The translations under genes were made by a program, and so were the position numbers. Of a DNA stretch of 64,000 bases, positions 8,230 to 18,650 are shown piece by piece. This DNA comes from an uncultured Clostridia bacterium (lineage in GTDB: Bacteria > Bacillota > Clostridia > Christensenellales > UBA1242), in NCBI GenBank assembly GCA_944349895.1, contig CALVNQ010000001.1:48948-112947 (forward strand), read 5' to 3'. Below the pieces are notes generated by a model. It did not search any database and was not told the origin of the DNA. It worked only from the letters and a program-made list of their open reading frames with translations. How positions within the stretch are numbered: the stretch's first letter is position 1; every line of letters starts with the position of its first letter.

Positions 8230-8688
8230 TTGTCAAAAATAAAAGAGATTTGTGAAGAAAAAATTAAACCCATAATTGAAAATAGTGGTTATGAACTTGT
8301 GGATATCACTTATCAAAAAGAATCAAATGGTATGAATTTGACTTTTTACATTGATAATGATAAAGGCATTACAATTGATGATTGTGAAAAAATAAATAAA
8401 CTAATTGATCCCGTTTTAGAAAATTTAAATCCTACAAATGATAGACCTTATATCCTTTGTGTTAGTTCTCCAGGTATCGATAGGCCGTTAAAATCTGAAC
8501 GTGATTTTCAAAGAAATTTAAATAAAGAAATAGAGATCTCTTTCTTTAAAAAACAAGATGGTGTTAAATCCTTAAAAGGCAAACTAATTTCTTTTAATGA
8601 AAATGAAATAGAAATTGAAACAGAAAAACAAAATATTATTTTAAATAAAAGCATTATCGCACATATTGTGCCGGTTATTGAATTTTAA
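8230..8688 (+). CDS. rimP: ribosome maturation factor RimP
   Basis: TTG start 4 nt after the purine-rich SD AGAAGGAGGAAA (8216-8227; GGAGG core 8220-8224). It has a RimP-like layout (SSPGIDRPL) and lies upstream of nusA. Confidence 0.88.
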   Translation: MSKIKEICEEKIKPIIENSGYELVDITYQKESNGMNLTFYIDNDKGITIDDCEKINKLIDPVLENLNPTNDRPYILCVSSPGIDRPLKSERDFQRNLNKEIEISFFKKQDGVKSLKGKLISFNENEIEIETEKQNIILNKSIIAHIVPVIEF

Positions 8689-8699
8689 AGGAGTTAAAA

Positions 8700-9854
8700 A
8701 TGATAAATAAAGATTTTTTCCAAGCTTTAAGTGACTTGGAAACAGAAAAAAAGATTGATAAAGAAAAATTTATTGAGGCTTTAGAATTTGCTCTCACTTC
8801 TGCTTATAAAAAAATGTATGGCGAAGCTAAATCAGCTATTGTTAAGCTATTCCCAGAAAAGAATACTATCAAAATATATTCTTATAAAACAGTTGTAAAT
8901 GAAGTCGAAGATAGTGATAAAGAAATTTCTATCGATGAAGCGAGATTAATAAAAAAATCATATAAAATCGGAGATGTTGTTGCCACCGAAGAATCAACAA
9001 AAGATTTTGGAAGAATAGCTGCACAAACAGCTAAACAAGTTGTTATGCAACGTCTTAAAGAATTAGAACGAGATATGGCAGTTTCAGAAATATCAGAAAA
9101 AGAAGATGAGCTTTTGACAACCATTGTTAAAAGAATTGATAATGGAACCGTTTATGTGCAAATCTCTGGATCTCATGTTGAAGGAATTATGCTTCCTTCT
9201 GATCAAATACCTGGTGAAAAATTTGAAACAGGGCAGAGAATAAAAGTTTACGTTAAAAAAATAAAAGATTCTTATAAAGGCCCACAAATTCAAGTTACTC
9301 GAAGCAATATCGGATTTGTTAGAAAAATTTTTGAGTTAGAAATTCCTGAAATTGCTAATGGTGACGTTAAAATAAAAAATATAGCAAGGGATCCAGGCAG
9401 TCGATCAAAAGTTTCAGTTTATACTGATAAACAAAATTTAGATCCTATTGGTAGTTGTGTTGGAAATCACGGAATAAGAATTAATACTATAGTTTCAGAA
9501 TTAAATGGAGAAAAAATCGATCTCGTTTTATATAGTGATGATCCTCTTGAATATATTGCAAGAGCTTTAAGCCCAGCAAAAGTTTTGAGCGTTGAAACAA
9601 ATGATAGTTTAAATGCTTCAAGAGTTATAGTCCCAGATGATAAGTTATCGTTAGCTATTGGTAAAAATGGACAAAATGTTAGGTTGGCAGCACGCTTGAC
9701 AGGTTGGAAAATTGAAGTAAAACCTGAGAGCTCAATAACTGAAACAGTGAAAGAACCTAAAGAAGTTGAATATGAATTAGTTGATCTTGAAGATGAAGAT
9801 TCTTTTACATCATTTGATGATTTAGAAGAGATTTCAGGAGAAGATAATGAATAA
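8700..9854 (+). CDS. nusA: transcription termination/antitermination factor NusA
   Basis: Contains S1 and KH domains (GSCVGNHGIRI, AIGKNGQNVRLAARLTGWKI). Confidence 0.95.
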   Translation: MINKDFFQALSDLETEKKIDKEKFIEALEFALTSAYKKMYGEAKSAIVKLFPEKNTIKIYSYKTVVNEVEDSDKEISIDEARLIKKSYKIGDVVATEESTKDFGRIAAQTAKQVVMQRLKELERDMAVSEISEKEDELLTTIVKRIDNGTVYVQISGSHVEGIMLPSDQIPGEKFETGQRIKVYVKKIKDSYKGPQIQVTRSNIGFVRKIFELEIPEIANGDVKIKNIARDPGSRSKVSVYTDKQNLDPIGSCVGNHGIRINTIVSELNGEKIDLVLYSDDPLEYIARALSPAKVLSVETNDSLNASRVIVPDDKLSLAIGKNGQNVRLAARLTGWKIEVKPESSITETVKEPKEVEYELVDLEDEDSFTSFDDLEEISGEDNE

Positions 9855-10113
9855 TAAACAAACGCTTCGCATGTGTGTGGTTTGCAAACAAATGATAGAT
9901 AAAAAAGATCTTATAAGAATTGTAAAAAATAAATCTGGAGATCTTTCTGTCGATTTAACCGGCAAACTTACAGGAAGGGGAGCATATGTTTGCAAAAATC
10001 CCGAATGTTTAGTAAAATTACAAAAAAATAAAATTTTAAACAAATCCTTTAAATGTGTTGTTCCTGAAAATATTTATGAGGAGCTTCAAATAATATGCGA
10101 AGAGACAAAATAA
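9847..10113 (+). CDS. ylxR: YlxR/RnpM (DUF448) RNA-binding protein
   Basis: Contains RMCVVCKQ...RGAYVC, the typical YlxR signature. It overlaps the end of nusA. Confidence 0.85.
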   Translation: MNNKQTLRMCVVCKQMIDKKDLIRIVKNKSGDLSVDLTGKLTGRGAYVCKNPECLVKLQKNKILNKSFKCVVPENIYEELQIICEETK

Positions 10114-10382
10114 AAGATTATATTAATTTAGCACTTAAAGCAGGATATGCAGTAATAGGCAGTGATAAGCTTGACGGTTATGATAAAAAACTTTATTTAA
10201 TACTCATTGACAAAAATTCAGGGAAATGTTGTAAAAAAATTTATGAAAATTTAAAGAAAAGAAATATTGAGGGATATGAAGTAGAAAGTTTATTTGAACT
10301 ATGTAACATAAACTGTAAAATCATAGCATTCAAAAATAAAGGTCTTAGTGACGAAATAAAAAAATATATAAATAAGGAGTAA
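10095..10382 (+). CDS. ylxQ: L7Ae-family RNA-binding protein (YlxQ-like)
   Basis: It occupies the conserved slot between ylxR and infB and has the ALKAGYAVIGSDK region. Confidence 0.75.
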   Translation: MRRDKIKDYINLALKAGYAVIGSDKLDGYDKKLYLILIDKNSGKCCKKIYENLKKRNIEGYEVESLFELCNINCKIIAFKNKGLSDEIKKYINKE

Positions 10383-10385
10383 AAT

Positions 10386-12842
10386 TTGGCAAATCAAGGA
10401 CTTAATAATCTTAAAACAATTCATAATATGCAAAAAGAAGGAAGCATACTTGAAATTTTAAGGGATATTCGTAATTTAAAGAATCAATTGGATGAGTTTG
10501 GTAATAACATTATTTCATTCAAGAAAAATATTGAATTAAAAGAAACTGTTAATCATGATAGCGTTTCAAAATCTAACCAAGTAGATAAAGTTGTTCCGGT
10601 TGAAGAAAAAAAATCGGAAGTTTTTGTCAACTCAAAATCTCAGTCTTTTAACCAAAACAATTTTAATAAATTTCAAAATAATCAAAATTTTAAACAAAAT
10701 AGAGATTTTAAAACTCAACCAAATCAAAATAATTTTAAAAATCGTCCTTTTAATAATAGACCAAATTTCCAAAACAATAAGAAGCCTGACTTCTCTGCTA
10801 AATCTTCTAATTTTGTATCAACGAAAGTTAATAACTTTAGATCATTCGCTGGAGTCGAATCAGAACCAATTTTAACAATGCCTGAAAGAAATTATGGTAA
10901 TAAAAATAAGTCTCCAAAGAAAAATATTATAGAGGAAAAAACAGCAAAACCTCAAGCTAAAAAATTTGTTGATAATAGAAAAAGCATAATCACAATGAGT
11001 GAAGATGGTTTTGAAGAAACAACAATGGGTTCCAGAAAACTCACAAATAAAATTAAGAAAAAACAAGAAACAGTTATAGCCCCTAAGGTTACTAACATTG
11101 TTTTGTCTCAAAAAGATGTCTCTGTTAAAGAATTAAGCGAAAAAACAGGTAAGCCTGTTGTTGAAATTGTTAAGCAACTTATGATATTAGGTATTATGGC
11201 CACAATCAATTCTTCTATTACGTTTGATGTTGCTGAATTAATATGTAGTGAATTTGGCATCGATGTTGAACTTAAAATTGATAAAACTATGGAAGAAAAA
11301 CTTTTTGATGTAAGTCATAATGATGATGAGAAAGACTTAGTTAAAAGGCCTCCTGTCGTTACCGTAATGGGGCATGTAGATCATGGTAAAACTTCATTGC
11401 TTGATGCTTTTAGAAAAAGTAATTTAGTTGGTAATGAAGCTGGAGGAATTACACAAAAAATTGGAGCATATCAAATTTCTTTTAATAACGAGAAAATCAC
11501 TTTTATCGACACTCCGGGTCATGCCGCTTTCACTGCAATGAGGGCTCGGGGAGCTAAATCCACTGATATAGCTATACTTGTTGTAGCAGCCGACGATGGA
11601 ATTATGCCTCAAACTGTTGAAGCTATAAATCATATCAAAGCCGCAAAAGTACCAATGATAGTTGCCATAAATAAAATTGACAAACCAGAAGCAAATATAG
11701 ATAAAGTTAAACAACAATTAACTGAATATGATATCCTTCCTGAAGAATGGGGAGGGAGCACCATTGTTGTTCCTATTTCTGCAAAAACTGGTCAAGGTAT
11801 GGACGATCTAAAATCCATGATTCTTCTTGTAGCTGATATGGAAGAGCTTAAAGCAAACCCTAACAGAAAAGCAACGGGAGTTATATTAGAAGCAGAATTA
11901 GATAAGAATAGAGGTCCTGTTGCAACCGTATTAGTTCAAAACGGTACATTAAAAATTGGAGATAGCTTTCTTGCAGGTATTACTTATGGTAAAGTTAAAG
12001 CTATGTTTGATGAAAATGGTAAAGCAGTAAAAACGGCGCCTCCTTCAACTCCTGTTTCTGTTTTAGGTTTCTATGAAGTTCCTTCTTCAGGAGACGAATT
12101 TTATGCTGTGCCTGAATCTATTTCAAAACAAATAATTCAAGAAAGAATAGATAAAATTAAAAAGGAAAAATCATTAAAAACTTCAGGCGTAAGTTTAGAC
12201 GACTTTATGAACAGAGTCCATGAAGGCTCATTAAAAAATCTAAATATCATAATTAAAGCTGATACACAAGGCTCTGTAGAAGCTTTAACTTCGACTTTAA
12301 AACCTATTGCTAATGACGAAGCCAAAGTTAACATTATTCATTCCGCTGCCGGAGCTATCACAGAAAGCGATGTCGAACTCGCTGAAACAACTAAGGCTAT
12401 TATTATTGCTTTTAATGTAAAACCTGTTCAAAAAGCAAAACTTTTGGCAGACAAGCAAAAAGTTGAAATAAAAGAATATAAAATTATCTATGAAGTTGTT
12501 GATGATATCACAAATGCTATAAATGGAATGCTTTCAATAAAATATGAAGAACAGCTCATTGGATTCGCTGAAATTAGAATGGTGTTTAAACTTTCTTCTG
12601 CTGGGAAAATCGCAGGTTGTATGGTAAAGGATGGAAAAGCAAGCAGAGGTTGTATTGCAAAAATTAAACGTGGTAATGAAGAAATTGCTAAAACAACAGT
12701 GGAAAGCTTAAAAATAATAAAAGAAGAAAAAGCTGAAGTATTAAAAGGATATGAATGTGGAATTAAGCTTCACGATGATGTTGATTTTAAAGAAAATGAT
12801 ATAATTGAATTCTATGTAAATGTGCCTGTTAAAAGGAGTTAA
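10386..12842 (+). CDS. infB: translation initiation factor IF-2
   Basis: TTG start after AAGGAG. It has the G domain GHVDHGKTSLLD/DTPGH/NKID. The N-terminus is Asn/Gln/Phe-rich low complexity. Confidence 0.95.
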   Translation: MANQGLNNLKTIHNMQKEGSILEILRDIRNLKNQLDEFGNNIISFKKNIELKETVNHDSVSKSNQVDKVVPVEEKKSEVFVNSKSQSFNQNNFNKFQNNQNFKQNRDFKTQPNQNNFKNRPFNNRPNFQNNKKPDFSAKSSNFVSTKVNNFRSFAGVESEPILTMPERNYGNKNKSPKKNIIEEKTAKPQAKKFVDNRKSIITMSEDGFEETTMGSRKLTNKIKKKQETVIAPKVTNIVLSQKDVSVKELSEKTGKPVVEIVKQLMILGIMATINSSITFDVAELICSEFGIDVELKIDKTMEEKLFDVSHNDDEKDLVKRPPVVTVMGHVDHGKTSLLDAFRKSNLVGNEAGGITQKIGAYQISFNNEKITFIDTPGHAAFTAMRARGAKSTDIAILVVAADDGIMPQTVEAINHIKAAKVPMIVAINKIDKPEANIDKVKQQLTEYDILPEEWGGSTIVVPISAKTGQGMDDLKSMILLVADMEELKANPNRKATGVILEAELDKNRGPVATVLVQNGTLKIGDSFLAGITYGKVKAMFDENGKAVKTAPPSTPVSVLGFYEVPSSGDEFYAVPESISKQIIQERIDKIKKEKSLKTSGVSLDDFMNRVHEGSLKNLNIIIKADTQGSVEALTSTLKPIANDEAKVNIIHSAAGAITESDVELAETTKAIIIAFNVKPVQKAKLLADKQKVEIKEYKIIYEVVDDITNAINGMLSIKYEEQLIGFAEIRMVFKLSSAGKIAGCMVKDGKASRGCIAKIKRGNEEIAKTTVESLKIIKEEKAEVLKGYECGIKLHDDVDFKENDIIEFYVNVPVKRS

Positions 12843-12844
12843 AT

Positions 12845-13231
12845 ATGTCTAATAGAATTGACAGAGCAAATGCTTTAATACAGAAAACCATTCAAGATAT
12901 TATTCAATTTCACATGAATGACCCAAGAATAACATCTTTTGTAGGTGTCAGTGATGCAAAAGTTACTCCAGATTTTAGATATTGCAAAGTGAAGATATCT
13001 TTGACCGATGGTGATTATTCCAAAGCTGACGAAATAATCAGTGTTTTAAAAAAATCTGAAGGTTATATAAAAAATAAGTTGTCAGAAATGATAAAACTTC
13101 CTTATACTCCTAAGTTAGATTTTGTTTTCGATAAAAATATGCAAAATGCAATTAGAGTTGAACAACTATTAAAAAATTTAAATATCCCTATGGAGGAAAA
13201 CTATGGCAACTCAGATGAAACAACGGAATGA
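12845..13231 (+). CDS. rbfA: ribosome-binding factor A
   Basis: 128 aa, starts RIDRANALIQKTI, and follows infB. Confidence 0.9.
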   Translation: MSNRIDRANALIQKTIQDIIQFHMNDPRITSFVGVSDAKVTPDFRYCKVKISLTDGDYSKADEIISVLKKSEGYIKNKLSEMIKLPYTPKLDFVFDKNMQNAIRVEQLLKNLNIPMEENYGNSDETTE

Positions 13232-14168
13232 GTTTAAAAAGGTTATAGAAAAAATTAATCAAGCCAAAACTATATCGATTTTTACTCACACAAGTTATGA
13301 TCTTGATGGCCTAGGCTCTCTGTACGGTTTGTATAGTTTTTTAAAAAAATTAAAAAAGAAAGTTTTTATGTTTGTTGATTCAGTTATAAATATAACCGAC
13401 CAACAAATTTTTGACGTTAGGAAATTATCAACTGAAGAAAAAGATTCAGATCTATACATTATGGTTGATTGTACTGATGCAAAAAGGTTAGGCAAATATT
13501 GTAAAATTTTTCAACAACACCATAACACAATTAGGTTAGATCATCACAAAGGCTTTTTCAAGGATGCAAATATAGAAATTACACTACCATATTGCTCTAC
13601 TGCGGAAGTTATTTTAAATCTTATTGAACTAATGGGGTATAAACCAGACAAAATAATTTCCACATATTTATTCGCTGGACTTGTTACCGATTCCGATTCT
13701 TTTAGAATTGAAACAGTAAACAAACTGACTTATGAAAATGCTTTGAAGTTAATTTCTTTTGGAGCTGATAACATTAAAGTAAATGATATATGCTTTAAAC
13801 AACAGTCATTAAGCAGTTTTAAACTTATTCAAATTATGTCAGAAAAAATGGAAATTTTTGATGGAGATATTGCAATATCTTCTTTAAATTCAAAAGACTT
13901 TAAAAGAGCAAAAGGAAAACCTAATGAATGTACAAACTTTTCAAAAAAACTTCTTTACCTACAAAATATAAATATCTCTTGTCTTATAAAACAAGAACAA
14001 AACAATGTCTTCTCTTGCTCTTTTAGATCAAAAGGTAAATTTGATGTTTCAGTTATTGCTGAATATTTAGGGGGTGGGGGACACTTTCATGCTTCAGCTT
14101 GTAAAATACATGACAACGAAAAAAATGTCAAACAAGCCGTTATTAATGCTATAAGGAAGTTACGATGA
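13203..14168 (+). CDS. nrnA: DHH/DHHA1 phosphoesterase (NrnA-like oligoribonuclease/pAp phosphatase)
   Basis: Carries the DHH motifs (DLDGLGS, DCTD, LDHHKG, TDSDSF) and the GGGGH motif of DHHA1. Confidence 0.85.
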   Translation: MATQMKQRNEFKKVIEKINQAKTISIFTHTSYDLDGLGSLYGLYSFLKKLKKKVFMFVDSVINITDQQIFDVRKLSTEEKDSDLYIMVDCTDAKRLGKYCKIFQQHHNTIRLDHHKGFFKDANIEITLPYCSTAEVILNLIELMGYKPDKIISTYLFAGLVTDSDSFRIETVNKLTYENALKLISFGADNIKVNDICFKQQSLSSFKLIQIMSEKMEIFDGDIAISSLNSKDFKRAKGKPNECTNFSKKLLYLQNINISCLIKQEQNNVFSCSFRSKGKFDVSVIAEYLGGGGHFHASACKIHDNEKNVKQAVINAIRKLR

Positions 14169-15004
14169 CAGGCATAATTTTAATAAACAAACCTAGACAT
14201 ATGTCTTCAAACACTGTGGTAAATGTTGTAAAGCATCAATTAAACCTAAAAAAAGCAGGGCACCTTGGTACTTTAGATGTGGAAGCTCAAGGCCTGTTGC
14301 CTGTTACATTAAATTCATCAACAAAATTATTTGATTATTTTTTAAATAAAAATAAAGAATATATAACAACTTTTAAGTTTGGAGAAGAAACCAGCACTTT
14401 AGATTTGGAAAGTGAAATCATAAAAAAAGATAATAAGATGATTTCAGCAAAACAAGTTCTGGATATTTTACCTTCATTTATAGGTAAACAAATGCAATTA
14501 CCACCAGTTTATTCTTCAAAAAAAATAAATGGTAAAAGGGCATATGAATTAGCTAGAGCAGGAGAAAATTTTAATTTAGATTCCAAAATGATTAATATCT
14601 TCGACATCAAGCTTTTAGAACAAACCGGCATAAATAAATTCAAATTTTTAATTTCTTGTTCTTCTGGCACTTATATACGCTCTATTTGTAGAGATATGGC
14701 ACACAGATTATCAACATTTGGTACTTGTTACGACATAACCAGAACTAAATGTGGTGATTTTGATATTAAAGATTCATATACATTAGAACAAATTAAAAAT
14801 AATCAATACCATATTATTAAACCACAGTTTTTGTTTGATTATAAAGAAATACAGATTGATCACAATAACGAAACAAAATTATTAAACGGTCAAATTATAG
14901 ACCATTCGGGTGATGATGGGAAATATAAGATTTTTTCTTCAATTTTTTTAGGCATTGGAGAAATTAAAAATAATAAATTAAAACTAATTATGAGACTATT
15001 TTAA
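14165..15004 (+). CDS. truB: tRNA pseudouridine-55 synthase
   Basis: Contains the GHLGTLDVEAQGLLPV catalytic motif. Confidence 0.92.
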   Translation: MTGIILINKPRHMSSNTVVNVVKHQLNLKKAGHLGTLDVEAQGLLPVTLNSSTKLFDYFLNKNKEYITTFKFGEETSTLDLESEIIKKDNKMISAKQVLDILPSFIGKQMQLPPVYSSKKINGKRAYELARAGENFNLDSKMINIFDIKLLEQTGINKFKFLISCSSGTYIRSICRDMAHRLSTFGTCYDITRTKCGDFDIKDSYTLEQIKNNQYHIIKPQFLFDYKEIQIDHNNETKLLNGQIIDHSGDDGKYKIFSSIFLGIGEIKNNKLKLIMRLF

Positions 15005-15022
15005 TTAAGGAGATTAGATATA

Positions 15023-15889
15023 ATGAAGCCATTATTTGGTCCCGCTGGAAATAGCGAATCCTTCTATTTAGATGGAAATAAATCTACAATTCAAGCTCCT
15101 AAATGGGTTAAAAACAAAGGTCTTGATGCTTTTGAATATTCATTTGGCAAAGGTTATATTATGTCTTCTGCTACCGCTCAACAGCTTGGAGAAGAATTTA
15201 AAAAATATGATATAAAATTATCTTTACACGCACCTTATTACATAAATTTTGCCACTCCTGATGAAGTGCTTTTACAAAAAACTTATGGCTATATCTATAC
15301 AGGAATTAAATTTCTAAATAATTTCCAAGCTGATAGATTAATTTTTCACCCAGCCTCTTCAGGAAAATTAGATAGAAAAGAAGCTTTTCAAATTGCAAAA
15401 GATAGAATTTCTAAACTTATTGATAATTTAGAAGAAGAGAATTTATTAAACAATATTTTCCTATGTCCTGAAACAATGGGAAAGCAACAGCAAATTGGCA
15501 CTTATCAAGAAATTTTAGAAATTTGTAGTTTAAATCCACATCTCATACCAACATTTGATTTTGGGCATATCAATGCTTTAACACAAGGTGGTCTAAAATC
15601 ATGCGACGATTATCTTAAAATTTTTAGTCAATCTATTGAAATGATTGGCTTTGATAAAACTTCTAACTGTCATATACATTTTTCTAAAATTCAATATGGC
15701 GAAAAAGGAGAAATACGCCATCTAAACTTTGATGATAATATTTATGGGCCTGATTTTGAACATTTGGCTGAAGCTTTAATTAAATTAAACCTTCATCCTA
15801 GGATTCTGTCAGAATCAGCTGGGCATATGGCTGAAGATGCTTTAGAAATGAAAACTATTTATGAGAAAACACTTGCACAACAGTTATAA
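15023..15889 (+). CDS. endonuclease IV (Nfo)-like TIM-barrel protein
   Basis: Blocks LHAPYYINFA, FHPAS, PETMG, DFGH and HIHFS are collinear with the Nfo metal-ligand blocks. Confidence 0.6.
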   Translation: MKPLFGPAGNSESFYLDGNKSTIQAPKWVKNKGLDAFEYSFGKGYIMSSATAQQLGEEFKKYDIKLSLHAPYYINFATPDEVLLQKTYGYIYTGIKFLNNFQADRLIFHPASSGKLDRKEAFQIAKDRISKLIDNLEEENLLNNIFLCPETMGKQQQIGTYQEILEICSLNPHLIPTFDFGHINALTQGGLKSCDDYLKIFSQSIEMIGFDKTSNCHIHFSKIQYGEKGEIRHLNFDDNIYGPDFEHLAEALIKLNLHPRILSESAGHMAEDALEMKTIYEKTLAQQL

Positions 15890-15932
15890 ATATGTTAGAA
15901 TGATATATAGATAAATTTTAAGGAGAAAAGTT

Positions 15933-16493
15933 ATGGTTACAGCAGGAGATTTTAGAAAAGGTACTACTTTTGAAATGGATGGGGCAGTTTATACAGTTAT
16001 AGATTTCCTACATGTAAAGCCCGGGAAAGGTTCGCCGTTCGTTAGAGCTAAGATTAAGAATGTTATGACTGGTCAAGTTAAAGAGCTTACTTTCAATCCT
16101 TCAGATAAATTTCAAGTAGCTGTTATTGAGAAAAAAGAAATGACTTACCTTTACAACGATGGCGACTTATATTATTTTATGGATACAGAAACTTATGAAC
16201 AAATTCCTTTAAATAAAGATTCTGTTGAAGACGCTTTAAATTTTATTATTGAAAATATGAACGCAACCATGTATTTTTATAAAGGAAATCCATTTGCAGT
16301 TTATCCTCCTACTTTTGTTGAACTTGAAGTCGTTGATTGTGAACCTGCAATACAAGGGGATACATCTAAGGCAGCTTTTAAACCTGCTAAATTAGAAACA
16401 GGTTACGTTATAAATGTGCCTCTTTTCGTGAGCCAAGGAGATAAAATTCGTGTTGATACAAGAGACGGAAGCTACATGGAAAGAGCAAAATAA
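15933..16493 (+). CDS. efp: elongation factor P
   Basis: Contains the [15 protein letters not shown] loop. 186 aa. Confidence 0.95.
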   Translation: MVTAGDFRKGTTFEMDGAVYTVIDFLHVKPGKGSPFVRAKIKNVMTGQVKELTFNPSDKFQVAVIEKKEMTYLYNDGDLYYFMDTETYEQIPLNKDSVEDALNFIIENMNATMYFYKGNPFAVYPPTFVELEVVDCEPAIQGDTSKAAFKPAKLETGYVINVPLFVSQGDKIRVDTRDGSYMERAK

Positions 16494-16508
16494 ATTGAAT
16501 TATTAATT

Positions 16509-16534
16509 AGAGCCTTTTGAGGCTCTTTTTTTTT
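16509..16534 (+). terminator. intrinsic terminator after efp
   Basis: Stem AGAGCCT pairs with AGGCTCT around the loop TTTG, followed by a T9 run. Confidence 0.85.
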
Positions 16535-16624
16535 GTTGGCATCTTTTCCATTTCGATAATTTTCGTTTTTTTTCTCCACATTAGTCTTGGTATTCTCTTC
16601 ATATATTTCATTAGGGAGGAGAAT

Positions 16625-17527
16625 ATGCTTAACGGGATTTTACCAGATCAAATTTTTTTACCCATTAAAAATAAAGTTGGGTTTTCTTCTATTAATGAAA
16701 TTCGATTAAGAGCGAACAAACCCATAATCCTTTCTATCATGGGCCAAAAATTTTTTTTAAGCGAAAATGGTAGAACAAGAAGTTTAAATGAAGCTATAAT
16801 TGCTTCTTTTTCAATGATTGAAGAGATTATTTTTAGAGCTAGTGAATGTTCAATTTACTCAGTAAATGAACAAATAAAAAAAGGCTTCATTGTTACTCCT
16901 AATGGTGTCAGACTTGGACTAGCTGGCAATGTTATTGAAGAAAATGGTTTTGTTAAAACAATGAATACTTTTTCTTCAATTAATATTAGGATACCTCATG
17001 AAGTTAAAAATTGTTCACTTAAAGCTTATTCCTCCATTATTTCAGATTTTGGAATAAATAACACCTTGGTTATTTCACCTCCCGGAGCAGGCAAGACCAC
17101 TTTTTTACGGGATTTTATTTGTCAACTTTCCGAAAGAAACCTGCCGTATGATGTTTTAGTACTCGACGAAAGAGGCGAGCTAAACATAGGCAACGGACTT
17201 GGCAATTTCGCTGATATTATATCTTTTGCTTCAAAAAAAGTTGGTTTCGAAAATGGTATTAGGTCACTTGCTCCCAATTTAATTGTTACTGATGAGTTAA
17301 GTGAATGGGATGATATGGAAGCTATTAAATATGCCTCTAACTCAGGAGTAAAAATTCTTGCTTCCACTCACAGTGACAACATGGAATCCTTCCTAAAAAA
17401 ATTTGCATTTAAGGAAATTATTGATGAAAAAATTTTCAAAAGATTTATTGTTTTATCTATGAAAGAAGGGCCGGGAACTTTAGAGGGTATATACGATGAA
17501 AATTTCAATAGGATTATGAGGTGGTGA
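16625..17527 (+). CDS. spoIIIAA: stage III sporulation protein AA (ATPase)
   Basis: I trimmed ORF 16517 to ATG 16625, which follows AGGGAGGAG. The upstream extension would run through the efp terminator. Walker A is PPGAGKTT. Confidence 0.88.
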   Translation: MLNGILPDQIFLPIKNKVGFSSINEIRLRANKPIILSIMGQKFFLSENGRTRSLNEAIIASFSMIEEIIFRASECSIYSVNEQIKKGFIVTPNGVRLGLAGNVIEENGFVKTMNTFSSINIRIPHEVKNCSLKAYSSIISDFGINNTLVISPPGAGKTTFLRDFICQLSERNLPYDVLVLDERGELNIGNGLGNFADIISFASKKVGFENGIRSLAPNLIVTDELSEWDDMEAIKYASNSGVKILASTHSDNMESFLKKFAFKEIIDEKIFKRFIVLSMKEGPGTLEGIYDENFNRIMRW

Positions 17528-17528
17528 A

Positions 17529-18023
17529 ATGAAATGGTTATTTTTAGCATTGATGTTTGGTTTATGTGTTTTTGTCGGTTATTTCTTTTCTATGAAATAT
17601 AAAAAGCGTTTAAATTTTTACTCTGCATTAATTTTATTCGCCCAAAAATTAGACGTTGAAATTAATTTTTCAAGAGAAAGATTAAAAAAACTTATTGAGA
17701 ATATTGATGAAAAAACTAAAAAAAATTTGCTTGGTATTGATAATAACTTTTTAGCTTACCTTAATGATAATCAAGAATTAACATATGAATTACTTTTTAA
17801 AAATTGTAATATTTTGAAACAAGATGAAAAGGAAATGATTTTTCTATTTTTTAAAAGTTTAGGTAGAACAGATGTTATTGGGCAGACCAAAGAAATCCAA
17901 AACTTTTTAAAACGTTTCGATGATAAACTTAATAAATGCCTTTCTGACAATAAAAAATATGGTTCATTATGTTTTAAGCTTGGAATAATTGCTGGATTAT
18001 TTATTGTCGTAATTTTAATTTAA
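17529..18023 (+). CDS. spoIIIAB: stage III sporulation protein AB
   Basis: Assigned from operon position and size, with TM helices at both the N- and C-termini. Confidence 0.8.
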   Translation: MKWLFLALMFGLCVFVGYFFSMKYKKRLNFYSALILFAQKLDVEINFSRERLKKLIENIDEKTKKNLLGIDNNFLAYLNDNQELTYELLFKNCNILKQDEKEMIFLFFKSLGRTDVIGQTKEIQNFLKRFDDKLNKCLSDNKKYGSLCFKLGIIAGLFIVVILI

Positions 18024-18039
18024 TGGAGGATTTGTGTTT

Positions 18040-18237
18040 ATGGGCGTTGAAATAATTTTTAAAATTGCTGCTATCGGCCTACTTACTGCGGTTGTTACTC
18101 AAATCTTAAAACAGACTGGGAAAGAAGAAATTGGCACATTCGCTACTCTCGCTGGTCTAATTATTGTTATAGTTATGGTGCTTTCTCTTATCGGAGACCT
18201 TTTTGGAACTATTAAAAATATGTTCGAATTTAGTTAG
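18040..18237 (+). CDS. spoIIIAC: stage III sporulation protein AC
   Basis: A small 2-TM protein. I prefer ATG 18040 (9 nt after GGAGGA) over GTG 18034. Confidence 0.85.
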   Translation: MGVEIIFKIAAIGLLTAVVTQILKQTGKEEIGTFATLAGLIIVIVMVLSLIGDLFGTIKNMFEFS

Positions 18238-18257
18238 TTAATTCATGGAGGTAGTTA

Positions 18258-18650
18258 ATGGATATAATTTTCAAAATCATTGGTATTGGGCTTATCACTT
18301 GTATCGCTTCTTTAATTGTTAAACCCGTTCGCAATGATTTTGCTATGCTTATATCTATGGTCGGGGGTATCATTATCCTCGTTATGATTTTATCCAGTCT
18401 CTCTTCTGCAATTTCATTAATAAATTCAATTGCTCAAAAGACCGGAGTAAACGGCAACTTACTTTCAATTGTTTTTAAAATAATTGGAATTGGTTATTTA
18501 ACTGAATTCAGCGCTAGCATGTGTGCAGATGCTGGAAGTGCTGGATTAGGGGACAAAGTACTTCTTGGTGGAAAAATTGTCATATTGGTTATGTCTCTTC
18601 CAATTATCACTAGCATTTTAGATATCGTTATGGAGCTTTTGCCATCATGA
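18258..18650 (+). CDS. spoIIIAD: stage III sporulation protein AD
   Basis: 130-aa membrane protein that resembles AC at its N-terminus. Operon order supports the call. Confidence 0.85.
   Translation: MDIIFKIIGIGLITCIASLIVKPVRNDFAMLISMVGGIIILVMILSSLSSAISLINSIAQKTGVNGNLLSIVFKIIGIGYLTEFSASMCADAGSAGLGDKVLLGGKIVILVMSLPIITSILDIVMELLPS

Noticed and set aside
16517-16624. The N-terminal 36 codons of the ORF-track spoIIIAA ORF (MRLFFFVGIFS...).
   Set aside because: This stretch runs straight through the efp terminator hairpin and T9 tract (16509-16534) and has no SD. ATG 16625, behind AGGGAGGAG, gives a normal SpoIIIAA N-terminus.
16536-16624. A sigma-E promoter upstream of spoIIIAA.
   Set aside because: CATATATT (around 16598) loosely resembles the -10 element, but no acceptable -35 lies at the right spacing. 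The evidence is insufficient.
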